Of a stretch of 64,000 bases of DNA, positions 43,749 through 53,421 are shown in pieces (the first letter of the stretch is position 1; the number at the start of each line of letters is the position of its first letter). The DNA comes from Lewinellaceae bacterium (GTDB taxonomy: Bacteria; Bacteroidota; Bacteroidia; Chitinophagales; Saprospiraceae). The translations under genes were made by a program, and so were the position numbers. The notes under the pieces are model-generated. The model ran no database searches. It was given only the letters and a program-made list of their open reading frames with translations, and was not told the DNA's origin. The DNA lies in NCBI GenBank assembly GCA_016712415.1, contig JADJRC010000015.1, positions 43,670-107,669 on the forward strand, in the 5' to 3' direction.

Positions 43749-43750
43749 GG

Positions 43751-43780
43751 GTTATGGTCAGTCTGATAACTGACCATAAC
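43751..43780 (+). terminator. 11-bp perfect stem hairpin immediately after the ahcY stop
   Basis: gttatggtcag-tctgataa-ctgaccataac, read directly from the sequence. Confidence 0.45.
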
Positions 43781-43796
43781 AGATTTAAATACATAA

Positions 43797-43831
43797 CGGA
43801 AACGGCATCTGGCCGTTTCCGTTTTTTTTTT
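43797..43831 (+). terminator. rho-independent terminator of ahcY
   Basis: 10-bp GC-rich stem cggaaacggc/gccgtttccg with a 5-nt loop, followed by a T10 tract. Confidence 0.8.
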
Positions 43832-44074
43832 GCCGTTTTCCCTCACAAAGCGCTTTTTAAAAAACATAAATTAAATATTATAATATTTGTATATTGTTTA
43901 TTATAAACAGTTTAAATAAATAAAGTTGAATATAAATTTTTAAAAAACCAAAATTTTTTCTGTGATCGCTTCCCGGATTGGCGCATATTTCTTACCTTGT
44001 TTGAACAAAAAGCAGGTATCATCCAATCGAAATCACCAACTTTTTTTTCACATTTAAACACCTTTTCATTCATT

Positions 44075-46005
44075 ATGCGATTTTACCCAAATTGTCGTCG
44101 CAGCGCTCTGCCTTTGCGCTGCCCAGCCTCTTTGCCCAGCGACCGGCCGACTGGTCGGTAGAGTTGACCGGTAACGCTCAACGGATTATTTTTCAACACA
44201 TGACCGGCGTGCCGATTATTCAGACGGACAAGGCATATGTCGGCATTGACCCTGTTTCAGGAAGGCCGTCTGGACAGTTGAGCGTTCTGCTGAAAGCGTT
44301 GTCGGGCGTTATCGAGACAAACACCGATTTTTACAACATGGCCCGGACTCCCTATGTGCTTATTCGCCACAATCTGATTGATAGCCGCGACGGTAAAGTG
44401 CTGATGGACAAAACGCAGGAAGGCTATAAAAAGAGTAGAGGATTACGAGATCATTCCAGCGCTCAACAGCGTACTGATCCGCGCAAGGGCCGACGGAAAA
44501 CTGCGGCTCTACCTGGTTGACATGACTGACAACAAGCTGCGTTGGAAAACCGATGTGATGAAGGCCGGCCTACAACTAAAAGCCGAATCTGATGAAGAGC
44601 CGGCCGAAGAAAGTATCGAAGTGCCTTCCTATACGACCATCGTCACCAGCGATAAGCACCTTTTATATCAGTACAAGAAAAGCATCGCATGCCTGGAAGC
44701 CGGTTCCGGCAACCTGTTGTGGGTGGAAAAAGCCGAACCTGCTGAAATTCTGCTCAGTCCGGGCGAAAAAAATGTACTGGTCATCGAAGCCGAAAGCGGC
44801 GGCCTGATGGCAATGGCCCTTGCTGGTACGGGCGTAAAGATCAAAAGCAAAAAAATACAGGCATACGACCTGCTCACCGGTAAAAAGGCCTGGAAAGATG
44901 AAATCGAGGCCGATGAAAAAGTGCGCTGGGTCGATACACATCCCGATTTTCTGACTGTTGTTCATAAAAATGGTTGCAACCTGTATAACTACGCCACCGG
45001 CGAGAAACTTTGGAAGAAAGATTTCGATGGTCGCCGCGTCACTGAAATATTGCCCAATGCGGAGGGTACCTGGTGACTTTCCATTCGGGTTACAAAACCA
45101 TGCAACTCAGTAAAGAAGGCAAAGAACTCTGGAAAAAACCCCGGGTGAAGGAATCGGAAGACGGCGATGTTGAAGATGTTCCGGAAGACGGTGGTGTCGA
45201 CCGGTATACTTATGCCAAAGGCGATGTGATCGTGACCGCCAACTCGGTGGTATTTTCACCGGTAAAAGGTTCGGGAATGAAGCGCTGGAAGTTAGACCTG
45301 AACCAGACGGCGCGCGTTGCATTCGACCCGAATCGCCAGAATCTGATTATCCTGACCAGCAACAACCTGGTACTGGTCAATCCGGATGTATACCCGCAAT
45401 CTGCAATTCAACTGAAAGTCGATTTCGAAAATGCAGCAGAATTTCTGACCCTTGAACTTCGGGAAAAGGCCTACTTTATGACCGGCATGCAGGAATTCGT
45501 GATCGTTGAGCCCGACAACAATAATGTGGTGCACAAGTATTACAAAAAACCGTTTGACTCTAAAGCATTTTGGATCAACGCGGCAAACACCGGAATGGCC
45601 GTTACGAGTGCGACCATGACTGTTGCAGGTGTTTCCAATGCCGGCAAGGGCGGCGCTTTGGCTACCGGTTCGACGATGGGTATGCTGCCGCCCGGCTCCG
45701 GCGATACGGAAATGCGTCGCGCCAACCGTCAGTTGAACACTGCCGCCACGCTCGACGAAGTTTCTTCCATGATGCCGCCTGCCCGCTTCGAAGCCTTCCG
45801 GCTGACGCGTGATTTCGCCTATTATTTCACCAAAGAAAAGAGCGGCGACGACACGGAAAAAATTCTGGTAAAGGTGAACAAGGACACCGGAGCGGAAGAG
45901 GATAAACTCATATTCGACAACGCTCGTCCGCTTTACCAGGTCGATGAAATCCAGAAACGCGTGTATTATGCCGACAAAAATGCGCTGAAGGTTTTCAATA
46001 TGTAA
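44075..46005 (+). pseudogene. secreted PQQ-like/BamB-like beta-propeller repeat protein, with at least 4 indels
   Basis: ATG at 44075. The signal-peptide text (IVVAALCLCAAQ / LFAQRPADW) is split over frames. Recurring propeller-like motifs are KLRWKTDV, GNLLWVEKAEP, KKAWKDEIE, GEKLWKKDFDG and GKELWKKPRV. ORFs 44092..44520, 44522..45076 and 45073..46005 join near 44432 and 45070. Confidence 0.55.
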
Positions 46006-46032
46006 TGGTTACCCGCTTTCAGAAATCTTCCC

Positions 46033-46040
46033 GAACTTTG
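46033..46040 (+). promoter_or_regulatory. near-consensus -7 box GAACTTTG upstream of the trpR-like gene
   Basis: 7 of 8 match to TAnnTTTG, 24 bp upstream of the ATG. It is part of a 13-mer CGAACTTTGTCTG that recurs at 47759-47771. Confidence 0.3.
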
Positions 46041-46063
46041 TCTGCAATCAAACAGCCCTCACC

Positions 46064-46321
46064 ATGTTGTACAAATTATTCCAGGCAGTGCATTCTGAAG
46101 CCGAATTCAATAAACTGCTGTATTTGACCTTTACGGAGCACGAACGCGCCATGATGCTGGAACGCTGGAAAATTTTTGACGCCTGCGACCGCGGTCTGAC
46201 CCAGCGGGATGTGGCCAAAGAGGTGCCCTGCAGTATCGTTACATCTACGCGTGGCGCCAAGGTGTATCGCCAGAACAAGGCGATAATCCAGTCTTTCCTT
46301 GAAAGGATACGGCAGGAATGA
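46064..46321 (+). CDS. Trp-repressor-like (TrpR/YerC/YecD family) DNA-binding protein
   Basis: 85 aa. LLYLTFTEHERAMMLERWKIFDACDRGLTQRDVAKEVPCSIVTSTRGAKV matches the TrpR-family pattern (L..T..E...L..R..I...L..G.SQR.IA..LGVS..TITRGS). Confidence 0.7.
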   Translation: MLYKLFQAVHSEAEFNKLLYLTFTEHERAMMLERWKIFDACDRGLTQRDVAKEVPCSIVTSTRGAKVYRQNKAIIQSFLERIRQE

Positions 46322-46370
46322 TACACCGAAAGCGGGCCGGCAGGCCGTTTCTGAAAAATAGCAAACAAGG

Positions 46371-46402
46371 CTCCGGACACTTGCCAGTCCGGAGTTTTTT
46401 TT
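46371..46402 (+). terminator. rho-independent terminator after the trpR-like gene
   Basis: Stem ctccggac/gtccggag with an 8-nt loop, followed by T8. Confidence 0.7.
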
Positions 46403-46412
46403 GAAAATAAAT

Positions 46413-46430
46413 GTATCATCGTGATGATAC
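46413..46430. promoter_or_regulatory. 18-bp palindrome GTATCATC-GT-GATGATAC (candidate operator)
   Basis: 8+2+8 inverted repeat read directly from the sequence. It lies between the trpR-like gene and the DAHP synthase/chorismate mutase gene. Confidence 0.3.
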
Positions 46431-46607
46431 GACAATGCTTAAGTCAGTATTTACGCAAACAACCCGAACGGCGTATGCAGCGGATGCACTGCCCGACCGG
46501 ATACTCATTGACCCGGCTCACAACGACCCGGCATGCAAAATATGCCCCGGTTCACAACCCAACGCATGTAGTTTTTGTTCTTTCAAAAATAATTGAAATA
46601 AACGGCC

Positions 46608-47717
46608 ATGAATTTTCAGCCCGTATTTGACCTGAAACGCCCGATCCTGATTGCGGGGCCTTGCTCGGCCGAAACAGAAGAACAGGTGTTGCAAACGGCA
46701 CACGCCCTGAAGCATCAGGGCATCGATCTATTTCGCGCAGGCATCTGGAAACCCCGCACACGTCCGGGCGCTTTTGAAGGTATCGGTACGCAGGGGCTGA
46801 AATGGCTCAAGCGGGCAAAAATTGAAACGGGCATACCCGTTACGACCGAGGTCGCCAACGCCCAACACGTGTACGAATGCCTGAAATTCGGGATAGATGT
46901 CTTGTGGATCGGCGCGCGAACTACCGTCAACCCTTTCTCCGTACAGGAAATCGCCGATGCGCTGGAAGGAACAGATATTCCTGTTTTGGTGAAAAACCCC
47001 GTAAATCCCGACTACAAATTGTGGGTTGGGGCATTGGAACGCCTGCACAAGGCGGGTTTGCGGCGCATTGCAGCCGTTCACCGCGGCTTTTCGAGTTACG
47101 GCGATTCCAAATACCGCAACGTGCCGCGCTGGCAAATGGCCATCGACCTGATGCAGGAATTTCCCGAAATGGAAGTCATCTGTGATATAAGTCATATTTG
47201 CGGGCGGCGCGATATATTGGCCGAAACAGCCCAAAAAGCATTCGACCTCAATTTTGACGGACTGATGGTAGAGACCCACCCCAACCCCGACCAGGCCTGG
47301 AGCGACGCCGCCCAGCAGATCACCCCGGCGCGATTCGGTGAAATGGTCGGAGCGCTCCAGCGCCGGGCGATCACATCCGACGACCCCGATTTTCTGGCGC
47401 GTATGGAAAACTGCCGCAGTGAGATCGACGACATCGACGAGGAGATCATCAGCATGATCGCCCGGCGCATGAACCTGGTATCCGAGATCGGCGCCATCAA
47501 GAAAGACAAAAATATCGCTGTTTTGCAACCCGAGCGCTTTCGCGCACTGCGCGAGGCCCTGCAACGCAGGGGTGAAAAAAATGAACTCAGTCGGGAGTTT
47601 ATCGCCATGTTCCTGGAAGCAGTACACCAGGAGAGCATCAACCGCCAGGAGCGGATACTTAACCCAGTCGCCGCCGCCGCACCCAAGCAGATCAGCGATT
47701 TGTGGATCAATGATTAG
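46608..47717 (+). CDS. bifunctional 3-deoxy-7-phosphoheptulonate synthase (type I-beta) / chorismate mutase type II
   Basis: 369 aa. PILIAGPCSAETEEQVL...FRAGIWKPRTRPGAFEGIG (DAHPS/KDO8PS-like), followed by the C-terminal CM_2 segment RSEIDDIDEEIISMIARRMNLVSEIGAIKKDKNIAVLQPERF. Confidence 0.9.
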   Translation: MNFQPVFDLKRPILIAGPCSAETEEQVLQTAHALKHQGIDLFRAGIWKPRTRPGAFEGIGTQGLKWLKRAKIETGIPVTTEVANAQHVYECLKFGIDVLWIGARTTVNPFSVQEIADALEGTDIPVLVKNPVNPDYKLWVGALERLHKAGLRRIAAVHRGFSSYGDSKYRNVPRWQMAIDLMQEFPEMEVICDISHICGRRDILAETAQKAFDLNFDGLMVETHPNPDQAWSDAAQQITPARFGEMVGALQRRAITSDDPDFLARMENCRSEIDDIDEEIISMIARRMNLVSEIGAIKKDKNIAVLQPERFRALREALQRRGEKNELSREFIAMFLEAVHQESINRQERILNPVAAAAPKQISDLWIND

Positions 47718-47759
47718 GCAGCGGGCTGTTGTTTTTGCAAAAAAGTCAAAAACCCTCGC

Positions 47760-47767
47760 GAACTTTG
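47760..47767 (+). promoter_or_regulatory. near-consensus -7 box GAACTTTG upstream of the histidine kinase gene
   Basis: Same 13-mer CGAACTTTGTCTG as at 46031-46043. It lies 19 bp upstream of the ATG. Confidence 0.3.
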
Positions 47768-47785
47768 TCTGTTTAAAGGAGAAAA

Positions 47786-49081
47786 ATGACCAATTCCATC
47801 ATACGCCGCGTCATTGTTCTGGGCGCTATTTCCATGCTCAGCCTGCTGACGGTGCAGACCTATTGGGTACTGCGCACCTGGGATTTGCAGGAGCAGGAGT
47901 TCAACCGCAAGGTGTACCAGGCGCTGCTTGATGCGTCCCGCAACCTGGCCCAGGCTACCCTGTTTGAGCTTCCCAACCAAAACCTGATCGAGCAACTGTA
48001 CTCCAATTACTACGTGGTGAACGTAGACAATGATTTCGACCCCAAAACCCTGGAATTTTACCTGCAACGCGCTTTTGAGAGCCAGGGATTGCACGAAGAT
48101 TTTCAGTATGGTATATTCGATTGCTCCAGCAAGCAGATGGTGACCGGCAAAACGATCAAATACAGAAAAACCACGCCTTTTGCTGCCGTTGAACTGCAAC
48201 AGGACGAAGCGCTGCCGCCGCATACCCGAACCGAACTGAACTACTACTACGGCGTGCGCTTCCCTTCCAAAAACGCCAACATCCTCAGCAACATGTGGAT
48301 TGTCGTGGCTTTTACCGCCCTGATGCTGGTCACGCTGGCGTTTTTCATTTATACCATGTTCGTCATCCTGCGGCAGAAACAGTTGTCGGAACTCCAGCGG
48401 GATTTTATCAACAACATGACCCACGAGTTTAAAACACCCATTTCTACGATCAACATCTCTACAGATGTGTTCCTTCAAAATGAAAAAGTACGCGACGACC
48501 CCCGGCTCAACCGATATTCCGGGATCATCAAGGAGCAGGTGCTACGACTGAATACGCAGGTGGAAAAGGTGCTGCAACTCGCCAAAATCGAGCGCGACAA
48601 GATCGAACTTAACATAGAAGAACTCGATCTCCACGAACTCATCAAAGGGGTTCAGCCTTCTATTGAAATGAAGGTGCGGGAAAAAGAAGGCGGCCAGCTG
48701 CTGCTCGACCTGCCGGCAACCAATACGCTCGTCATGGCCGACCGCCTGCACCTGACCAATATTTTGCACAACCTCGTCGACAATGGGGTGAAATACAGCA
48801 AAAACGCGCCGGAGATACGGATTGGATTGAAAAACGAAGGCAAATCTGTGATACTTACCGTAGAGGATCATGGCATAGGCATACCCAAAGAGCACCTGAA
48901 ACGCGTGTTCGACAAGTTCTACCGCGTGCCTACAGGCAACGTCCACAACGTGAAAGGTTTCGGCCTCGGCCTGTATTATGTAAAAACCATGTGCAAGGAG
49001 CACAAGTGGAAACTCGATATCCGCAGCGAGGTAGGCAAGGGAACTACGGTGGAAATCCGGATGCCGCAGGAACGGGGATAA
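47786..49081 (+). CDS. sensor histidine kinase (HisKA plus HATPase_c), with no adjacent response regulator
   Basis: 431 aa with two TM segments. H-box FINNMTHEFKTPIS, N-box NLVDNGVKYS, G-boxes EDHGIGI and GFGLGLYYVK. Confidence 0.9.
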   Translation: MTNSIIRRVIVLGAISMLSLLTVQTYWVLRTWDLQEQEFNRKVYQALLDASRNLAQATLFELPNQNLIEQLYSNYYVVNVDNDFDPKTLEFYLQRAFESQGLHEDFQYGIFDCSSKQMVTGKTIKYRKTTPFAAVELQQDEALPPHTRTELNYYYGVRFPSKNANILSNMWIVVAFTALMLVTLAFFIYTMFVILRQKQLSELQRDFINNMTHEFKTPISTINISTDVFLQNEKVRDDPRLNRYSGIIKEQVLRLNTQVEKVLQLAKIERDKIELNIEELDLHELIKGVQPSIEMKVREKEGGQLLLDLPATNTLVMADRLHLTNILHNLVDNGVKYSKNAPEIRIGLKNEGKSVILTVEDHGIGIPKEHLKRVFDKFYRVPTGNVHNVKGFGLGLYYVKTMCKEHKWKLDIRSEVGKGTTVEIRMPQERG

Positions 49082-49118
49082 TTTGCTCCGAATCCATTAA
49101 TGCCCCGTACACTCAACC

Positions 49119-50192
49119 ATGCCGCAACATTTTCATCTCAACGACTATACTATTTATACCGGCGACTTGCGGGATACCTTCCCCGACTGGTTGCGCGAGC
49201 GTGGCTACGTCCAGGTTATATTGGTGACCGACAAAAATACCCACCGGCATTGTCTGCCGGTTTTTCTGGAAAAAGCAGGACTTCCCGGTACCATCCCTGT
49301 CATCGAAATCCCGGCAGGCGAACAGCATAAAAACCTCGACACTTGCGGGCTTATCTGGCAGGGTATGCTCGATATACGGCTCGACCGAAAAGCGCTGGTC
49401 GTCAACCTCGGCGGCGGCGTGATCGGCGATATGGGAGGCTTTTGTGCAGCCACCTGGAAACGCGGCGTCGATTATGTACAGGCGCCCACAACGCTGCTCG
49501 CTATGACAGACGCAGCGATTGGCGGCAAATTGGCTATTGATTTTCAAGGAATTAAAAACACAATAGGCGTATTCAGAAATCCCGCCGCCGTATTTGTCGA
49601 TCCGGTATTTCTGCAAACCCTGGAAAAGCGGGAATTGCGCAGCGGCCTTGCCGAAGTGCTCAAACATGCACTGATCGGCGACCCGGAACTCTGGCGCCTT
49701 TGCACCGCAGGCTTTCAGGTACACGGGGGAAGCATCCACGGACTCGGAAGTCCGTGGTACCTGGAGGCTTCTATTGCTGTTAAGACGCGGATCGTGCAGG
49801 AAGACCCATATGAAAAGGGACTGCGCGCGCTGCTCAATTACGGCCACACTGTTGGTCACGCCCTGGAAAGTTATTTTCTTGAATCGGCAGAACCGCTCAC
49901 GCACGGCGAGGCGGTTGCCATCGGCATGATCTGTGAAACATGGCTCGACGCACCGGAAAAAGCAATTGGGATCGCCGAAATGATTTTCCGCGTTTTCTCC
50001 CACCGGAGAATACCCGAATCTGCTTTTCCCGAATTGTGGAATTTGATGTTGCAGGACAAGAAAAATACTGCGGGACAAATCCGGATGGCTGTACCGGGGG
50101 AGGCGTCCTTTACCATGAGCATACTGGAACCAACCCCGGAAAAAATTAAGGACAGTTTTTTATTCTACAATAGTTTAACCCCCAACCCGTAG
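49119..50192 (+). CDS. aroB: 3-dehydroquinate synthase
   Basis: 357 aa. GGGVIGDMGGFCAATWKRGVDYVQAPTTLLAMTDAAIGGK and HGEAVAIGM are the canonical AroB motifs. Confidence 0.9.
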   Translation: MPQHFHLNDYTIYTGDLRDTFPDWLRERGYVQVILVTDKNTHRHCLPVFLEKAGLPGTIPVIEIPAGEQHKNLDTCGLIWQGMLDIRLDRKALVVNLGGGVIGDMGGFCAATWKRGVDYVQAPTTLLAMTDAAIGGKLAIDFQGIKNTIGVFRNPAAVFVDPVFLQTLEKRELRSGLAEVLKHALIGDPELWRLCTAGFQVHGGSIHGLGSPWYLEASIAVKTRIVQEDPYEKGLRALLNYGHTVGHALESYFLESAEPLTHGEAVAIGMICETWLDAPEKAIGIAEMIFRVFSHRRIPESAFPELWNLMLQDKKNTAGQIRMAVPGEASFTMSILEPTPEKIKDSFLFYNSLTPNP

Positions 50193-50225
50193 CCCCCAAC
50201 CCACAACCCACAACCAATTATACTC

Positions 50226-50816
50226 ATGTTTACCGGCATCATCGAAACCCTCGGCACTGTCCGCGCCATTGAAAAAGACCAGTCCAATGTGCATTTCACC
50301 ATCGAAAGCCCCATTTCGGGCGAATTGAAGGTCGATCAGAGTGTGAGCCACAACGGCGCCTGTCTAACGGTCGTCGCTTTGGGTGAGGGATGGCACCGGG
50401 TAACGGCTGTGGAAGAAACCCTGCGCCGCACCAATCTCGGGTTTTGGGAAACCGGCACGCCGGTCAACCTCGAACGTTGCCTGCCCATGGGTGGCCGGCT
50501 CGACGGCCACATGGTACAGGGGCATGTCGATACTGTGGCAACGTGTGAGGAGGTTTTGGAAACCGGCGGTTCCTGGCGTTTCACTTTTCGATATGCGCCC
50601 ACACCCGATCACCTGCTGGTCGATAAGGGCTCCGTATGCGTCAACGGGGTGAGCCTGACCGTTGTGGAGCCACGCGACGACCTCTTTTCCGTAGCCATTA
50701 TTCCGTACACCTGGGAACATACCAATTTCAAAAACCTGCGGGCAGGCGATGCTGTAAACATTGAATTTGATATAATCGGCAAATATATTTCCCGGTATCT
50801 TGCGCTATACAAATGA
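50226..50816 (+). CDS. ribE: riboflavin synthase
   Basis: 196 aa. MFTGIIETLGTV, with duplicated lumazine-binding halves (VSHNGACLTV / VCVNGVSLTV). Confidence 0.9.
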   Translation: MFTGIIETLGTVRAIEKDQSNVHFTIESPISGELKVDQSVSHNGACLTVVALGEGWHRVTAVEETLRRTNLGFWETGTPVNLERCLPMGGRLDGHMVQGHVDTVATCEEVLETGGSWRFTFRYAPTPDHLLVDKGSVCVNGVSLTVVEPRDDLFSVAIIPYTWEHTNFKNLRAGDAVNIEFDIIGKYISRYLALYK

Positions 50817-50921
50817 AAGCACCTGTTTCATGCGCAAGGTATTTGCCTACAGGGGCACGGAGGTGGTGAGCACGCAATTTCAACTGGGCTTTACGCCTGA
50901 TTTCGTGTACAGGATACAGTT

Positions 50922-52259
50922 TTAGGTGCCGTTTTCCTTCAAAAACGCCCGAATCCGTTCGTTCAGACTCGACATTCGTTCCCCATGCTGGCTTTCATCG
51001 AGGCCCAGGAGTTCATCCTGTTCGCTTACCCGAAGGGGCACTATGAAACTGGTTGCCTTCAGGATAATCCAGGAACCGCCGAAGGTAAACACACTCACGA
51101 TGGCCAAAGCAAGCACATGGCTCATGAAGGTGGCTGTGCCGCCGTATATGAGGCCCACGTCTTTTGCAAAAACACCTGTCAGCAACATGCCCGTAATACC
51201 GCCGACGCCGTGGCAGGGGAATACGTCGAGTGTATCGTCGATGCCCGTTTTGTTGAAATAAAACAGCACGATATTACTTACAATGGCTGCCGCAAAACCG
51301 ATAAACAGGCTCTGGCCGATGGTGACAAATCCGGCTGCGGGAGTTATGGCGACCAGGCCCACCACGGCGCCGATACAGGCGCCCATGGCCGAAGGTTTGC
51401 GGCCCATCAGGCCTTCATAAAACACCCATGTCATCATGGCGGAGGCGGAAGCAAAGTTGGTTGTGGCAAAGGCCAGCGCTGCCGTGGAGTTGGCGCCCAA
51501 TGCGGAGCCGGCATTAAAGCCGAACCAGCCGAACCACAGCAACCCCGTGCCCAGAATAATATAGGGTATGTTGGCCGGACCATGGTGGTTGCCCGTTTGA
51601 CGCGTTTTGCGGTGACCCAGTACCATAGCGCCGGCAATGGCCGCAAAGCCTGCGCTCATGTGTACCACCGTGCCACCCGCAAAGTCGAGCACACCCATCT
51701 TGCGCAAAAAACCTTCGGGATGCCAGGTCCAGTGCGCCAGCGGGGCGTAAATGAAGAGGGTAAACAGGCAAATAAATACGATATAGGCCGTAAACTTGAT
51801 GCGCTCCGCAAAACTTCCGGTAATGAGTGCCGGCGTAATAATGGCGAATTTTAACTGGAACAGCGCGAACAAGAGGAAGGGTATGGTTGGCGACAGGTCG
51901 GGGTGCGGACCCAGGTGTACGCCCCGGAACATAAAGTAGGTAGCCGGGCTCCCGATGAATCCACCGATGGAGTCGCCAAAGGCCAGGCTAAAACCAACGA
52001 CGACCCACAAGAAACTCACGACACCCAGCGAAATGAAGCTCTGTAGCATGGTTGACACTACGTTGCGGAAACTTACCATGCCGCCGTAGAAAAACGACAG
52101 GCCGGGCGTCATCAGCAGCACCAGCCCGGCGGCGACCAGCATCCACGCCGTGTCGGCAGGATTTATGTCGCCTGCAGGAATTTCCGGCGCGGGGGTAAAC
52201 AATGCAGCAATCGAAATTGCCGTCAGAAAGAGGAAGGCGATAAGCCATTTCTTGCGCAT
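50922..52259 (-). CDS. amt: ammonium transporter
   Basis: Start MRKKWLIAFLFL at codon 60 of ORF 50922..52436. Motifs DTAWMLVAAGLVLLMTPGLSFFYGGMV, AGGTVVHMSAGFAAIAGA and DVFPCHGVGGITGML. Confidence 0.9.
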   Translation of the reverse strand: MRKKWLIAFLFLTAISIAALFTPAPEIPAGDINPADTAWMLVAAGLVLLMTPGLSFFYGGMVSFRNVVSTMLQSFISLGVVSFLWVVVGFSLAFGDSIGGFIGSPATYFMFRGVHLGPHPDLSPTIPFLLFALFQLKFAIITPALITGSFAERIKFTAYIVFICLFTLFIYAPLAHWTWHPEGFLRKMGVLDFAGGTVVHMSAGFAAIAGAMVLGHRKTRQTGNHHGPANIPYIILGTGLLWFGWFGFNAGSALGANSTAALAFATTNFASASAMMTWVFYEGLMGRKPSAMGACIGAVVGLVAITPAAGFVTIGQSLFIGFAAAIVSNIVLFYFNKTGIDDTLDVFPCHGVGGITGMLLTGVFAKDVGLIYGGTATFMSHVLALAIVSVFTFGGSWIILKATSFIVPLRVSEQDELLGLDESQHGERMSSLNERIRAFLKENGT

Positions 52260-52469
52260 TTCAGATAAGTTTGGTTTTTCAAAAAAGAAATCAATCCCGG
52301 CGGGCATGGGGTGTCGCCGAATTTTACTGTCGTGAAAAAATGGAAAAAGCAGAAAAATTTGGTTCAGGCGCAAAAAACGCCGGTACACGCCACCAAAAAT
52401 AGCGTATACCGGCGTTTTTTTGCAGTTTTGACACAACTTTTGAAAAGATATGCCACTGCCGGATTGATG

Positions 52470-53351
52470 TTATTTGCCGGGGCCGGGCTTTAAATTGCTC
52501 GACCCTGTGATGATCCGGAAGGCGAAAAAGGCTGCGCCAAGTGCCAGGCATAAACCGAGTGCCGCCATGAGGTAAAACTTGACGGTCCATTCGAAAGCGA
52601 CTTTCAGGCGCTGCGCCAGACTGATTCGTGTCTCCTCGCCTTCATACATCGAAAACCGGATCGTGCAAAACTCGTTCTCCTCATCGTAATCGCCCAGTTG
52701 CACGCCCAGTTCCTGGAGTTGTCCCTCTATTTCCAGAATCCTGTTCTCCAATCCGATATATTCATCAATACGGCCGCTGCGGCGCTTCAGGTCGAGCAGG
52801 GAATTGCGTATTTTTTCCAGCGAGATGCGCTTTGCATTCAGTTGGAGGAATTCATTGGTCTTATCCGTTTTGGTGACCGAGCGGGCCATGATCCTGCCGA
52901 TCTTTTGTATTTCCACATAAAAACTGTCGAACTTTTCCGGCTGCACACCAATGATCAGGTTCAGGTTGCGCCGGCCCGCGTTGCCGGTATTTTGTTCATA
53001 CTGAATCACGGCGTCGAACCCTTTCACGGTGCGCTTGAGGGCTGCCTCGTCTTCTGCAAACCGGCTGCTCTGCGAGCGCAGGGTTGCGATTTTTTCATAC
53101 TTCTGTGTCAGTCCCGATCCGGCAGTCCCTTCCTGCGGGTGCGGGGTCGTCTTTATCTTTTCAGATGCGTAGTTTTTCCGCGAGATGGAATAGTCGTCGC
53201 TGCCGGGGCTGGCTATATTGACCACACCGTTTTCAAGGGCAATACCCGGGTGAAAATACCCGTATGTCAGCCTGCAGATGAAGAGCAGCACGAAAAGGCC
53301 GAGGCTCCAGCCCAGCATTTTTTCCCATTGGAAACCGGCAGATGATTTCAT
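52470..53351 (-). CDS. DUF4349-like membrane-anchored coiled-coil protein
   Basis: 293 aa with an N-terminal TM segment, a central coiled-coil and a C-terminal TM segment (MAALGLCLALGAAFFAF). The family name is from memory only. Confidence 0.55.
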   Translation of the reverse strand: MKSSAGFQWEKMLGWSLGLFVLLFICRLTYGYFHPGIALENGVVNIASPGSDDYSISRKNYASEKIKTTPHPQEGTAGSGLTQKYEKIATLRSQSSRFAEDEAALKRTVKGFDAVIQYEQNTGNAGRRNLNLIIGVQPEKFDSFYVEIQKIGRIMARSVTKTDKTNEFLQLNAKRISLEKIRNSLLDLKRRSGRIDEYIGLENRILEIEGQLQELGVQLGDYDEENEFCTIRFSMYEGEETRISLAQRLKVAFEWTVKFYLMAALGLCLALGAAFFAFRIITGSSNLKPGPGK

Positions 53352-53421
53352 AGCAAATTAAAATATTTTAGCAATATGTTTGAAAATAAAAATAACACAC
53401 AAAAGACTGACTTAAAGCCGA

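Noticed and set aside
46411-46596. The 61-aa ORF upstream of the DAHP synthase gene as an attenuation leader peptide.
   Set aside because: It has no run of Phe, Tyr or Trp codons and no alternative terminator/antiterminator pairing that I could trace. It is too long for a typical leader peptide.
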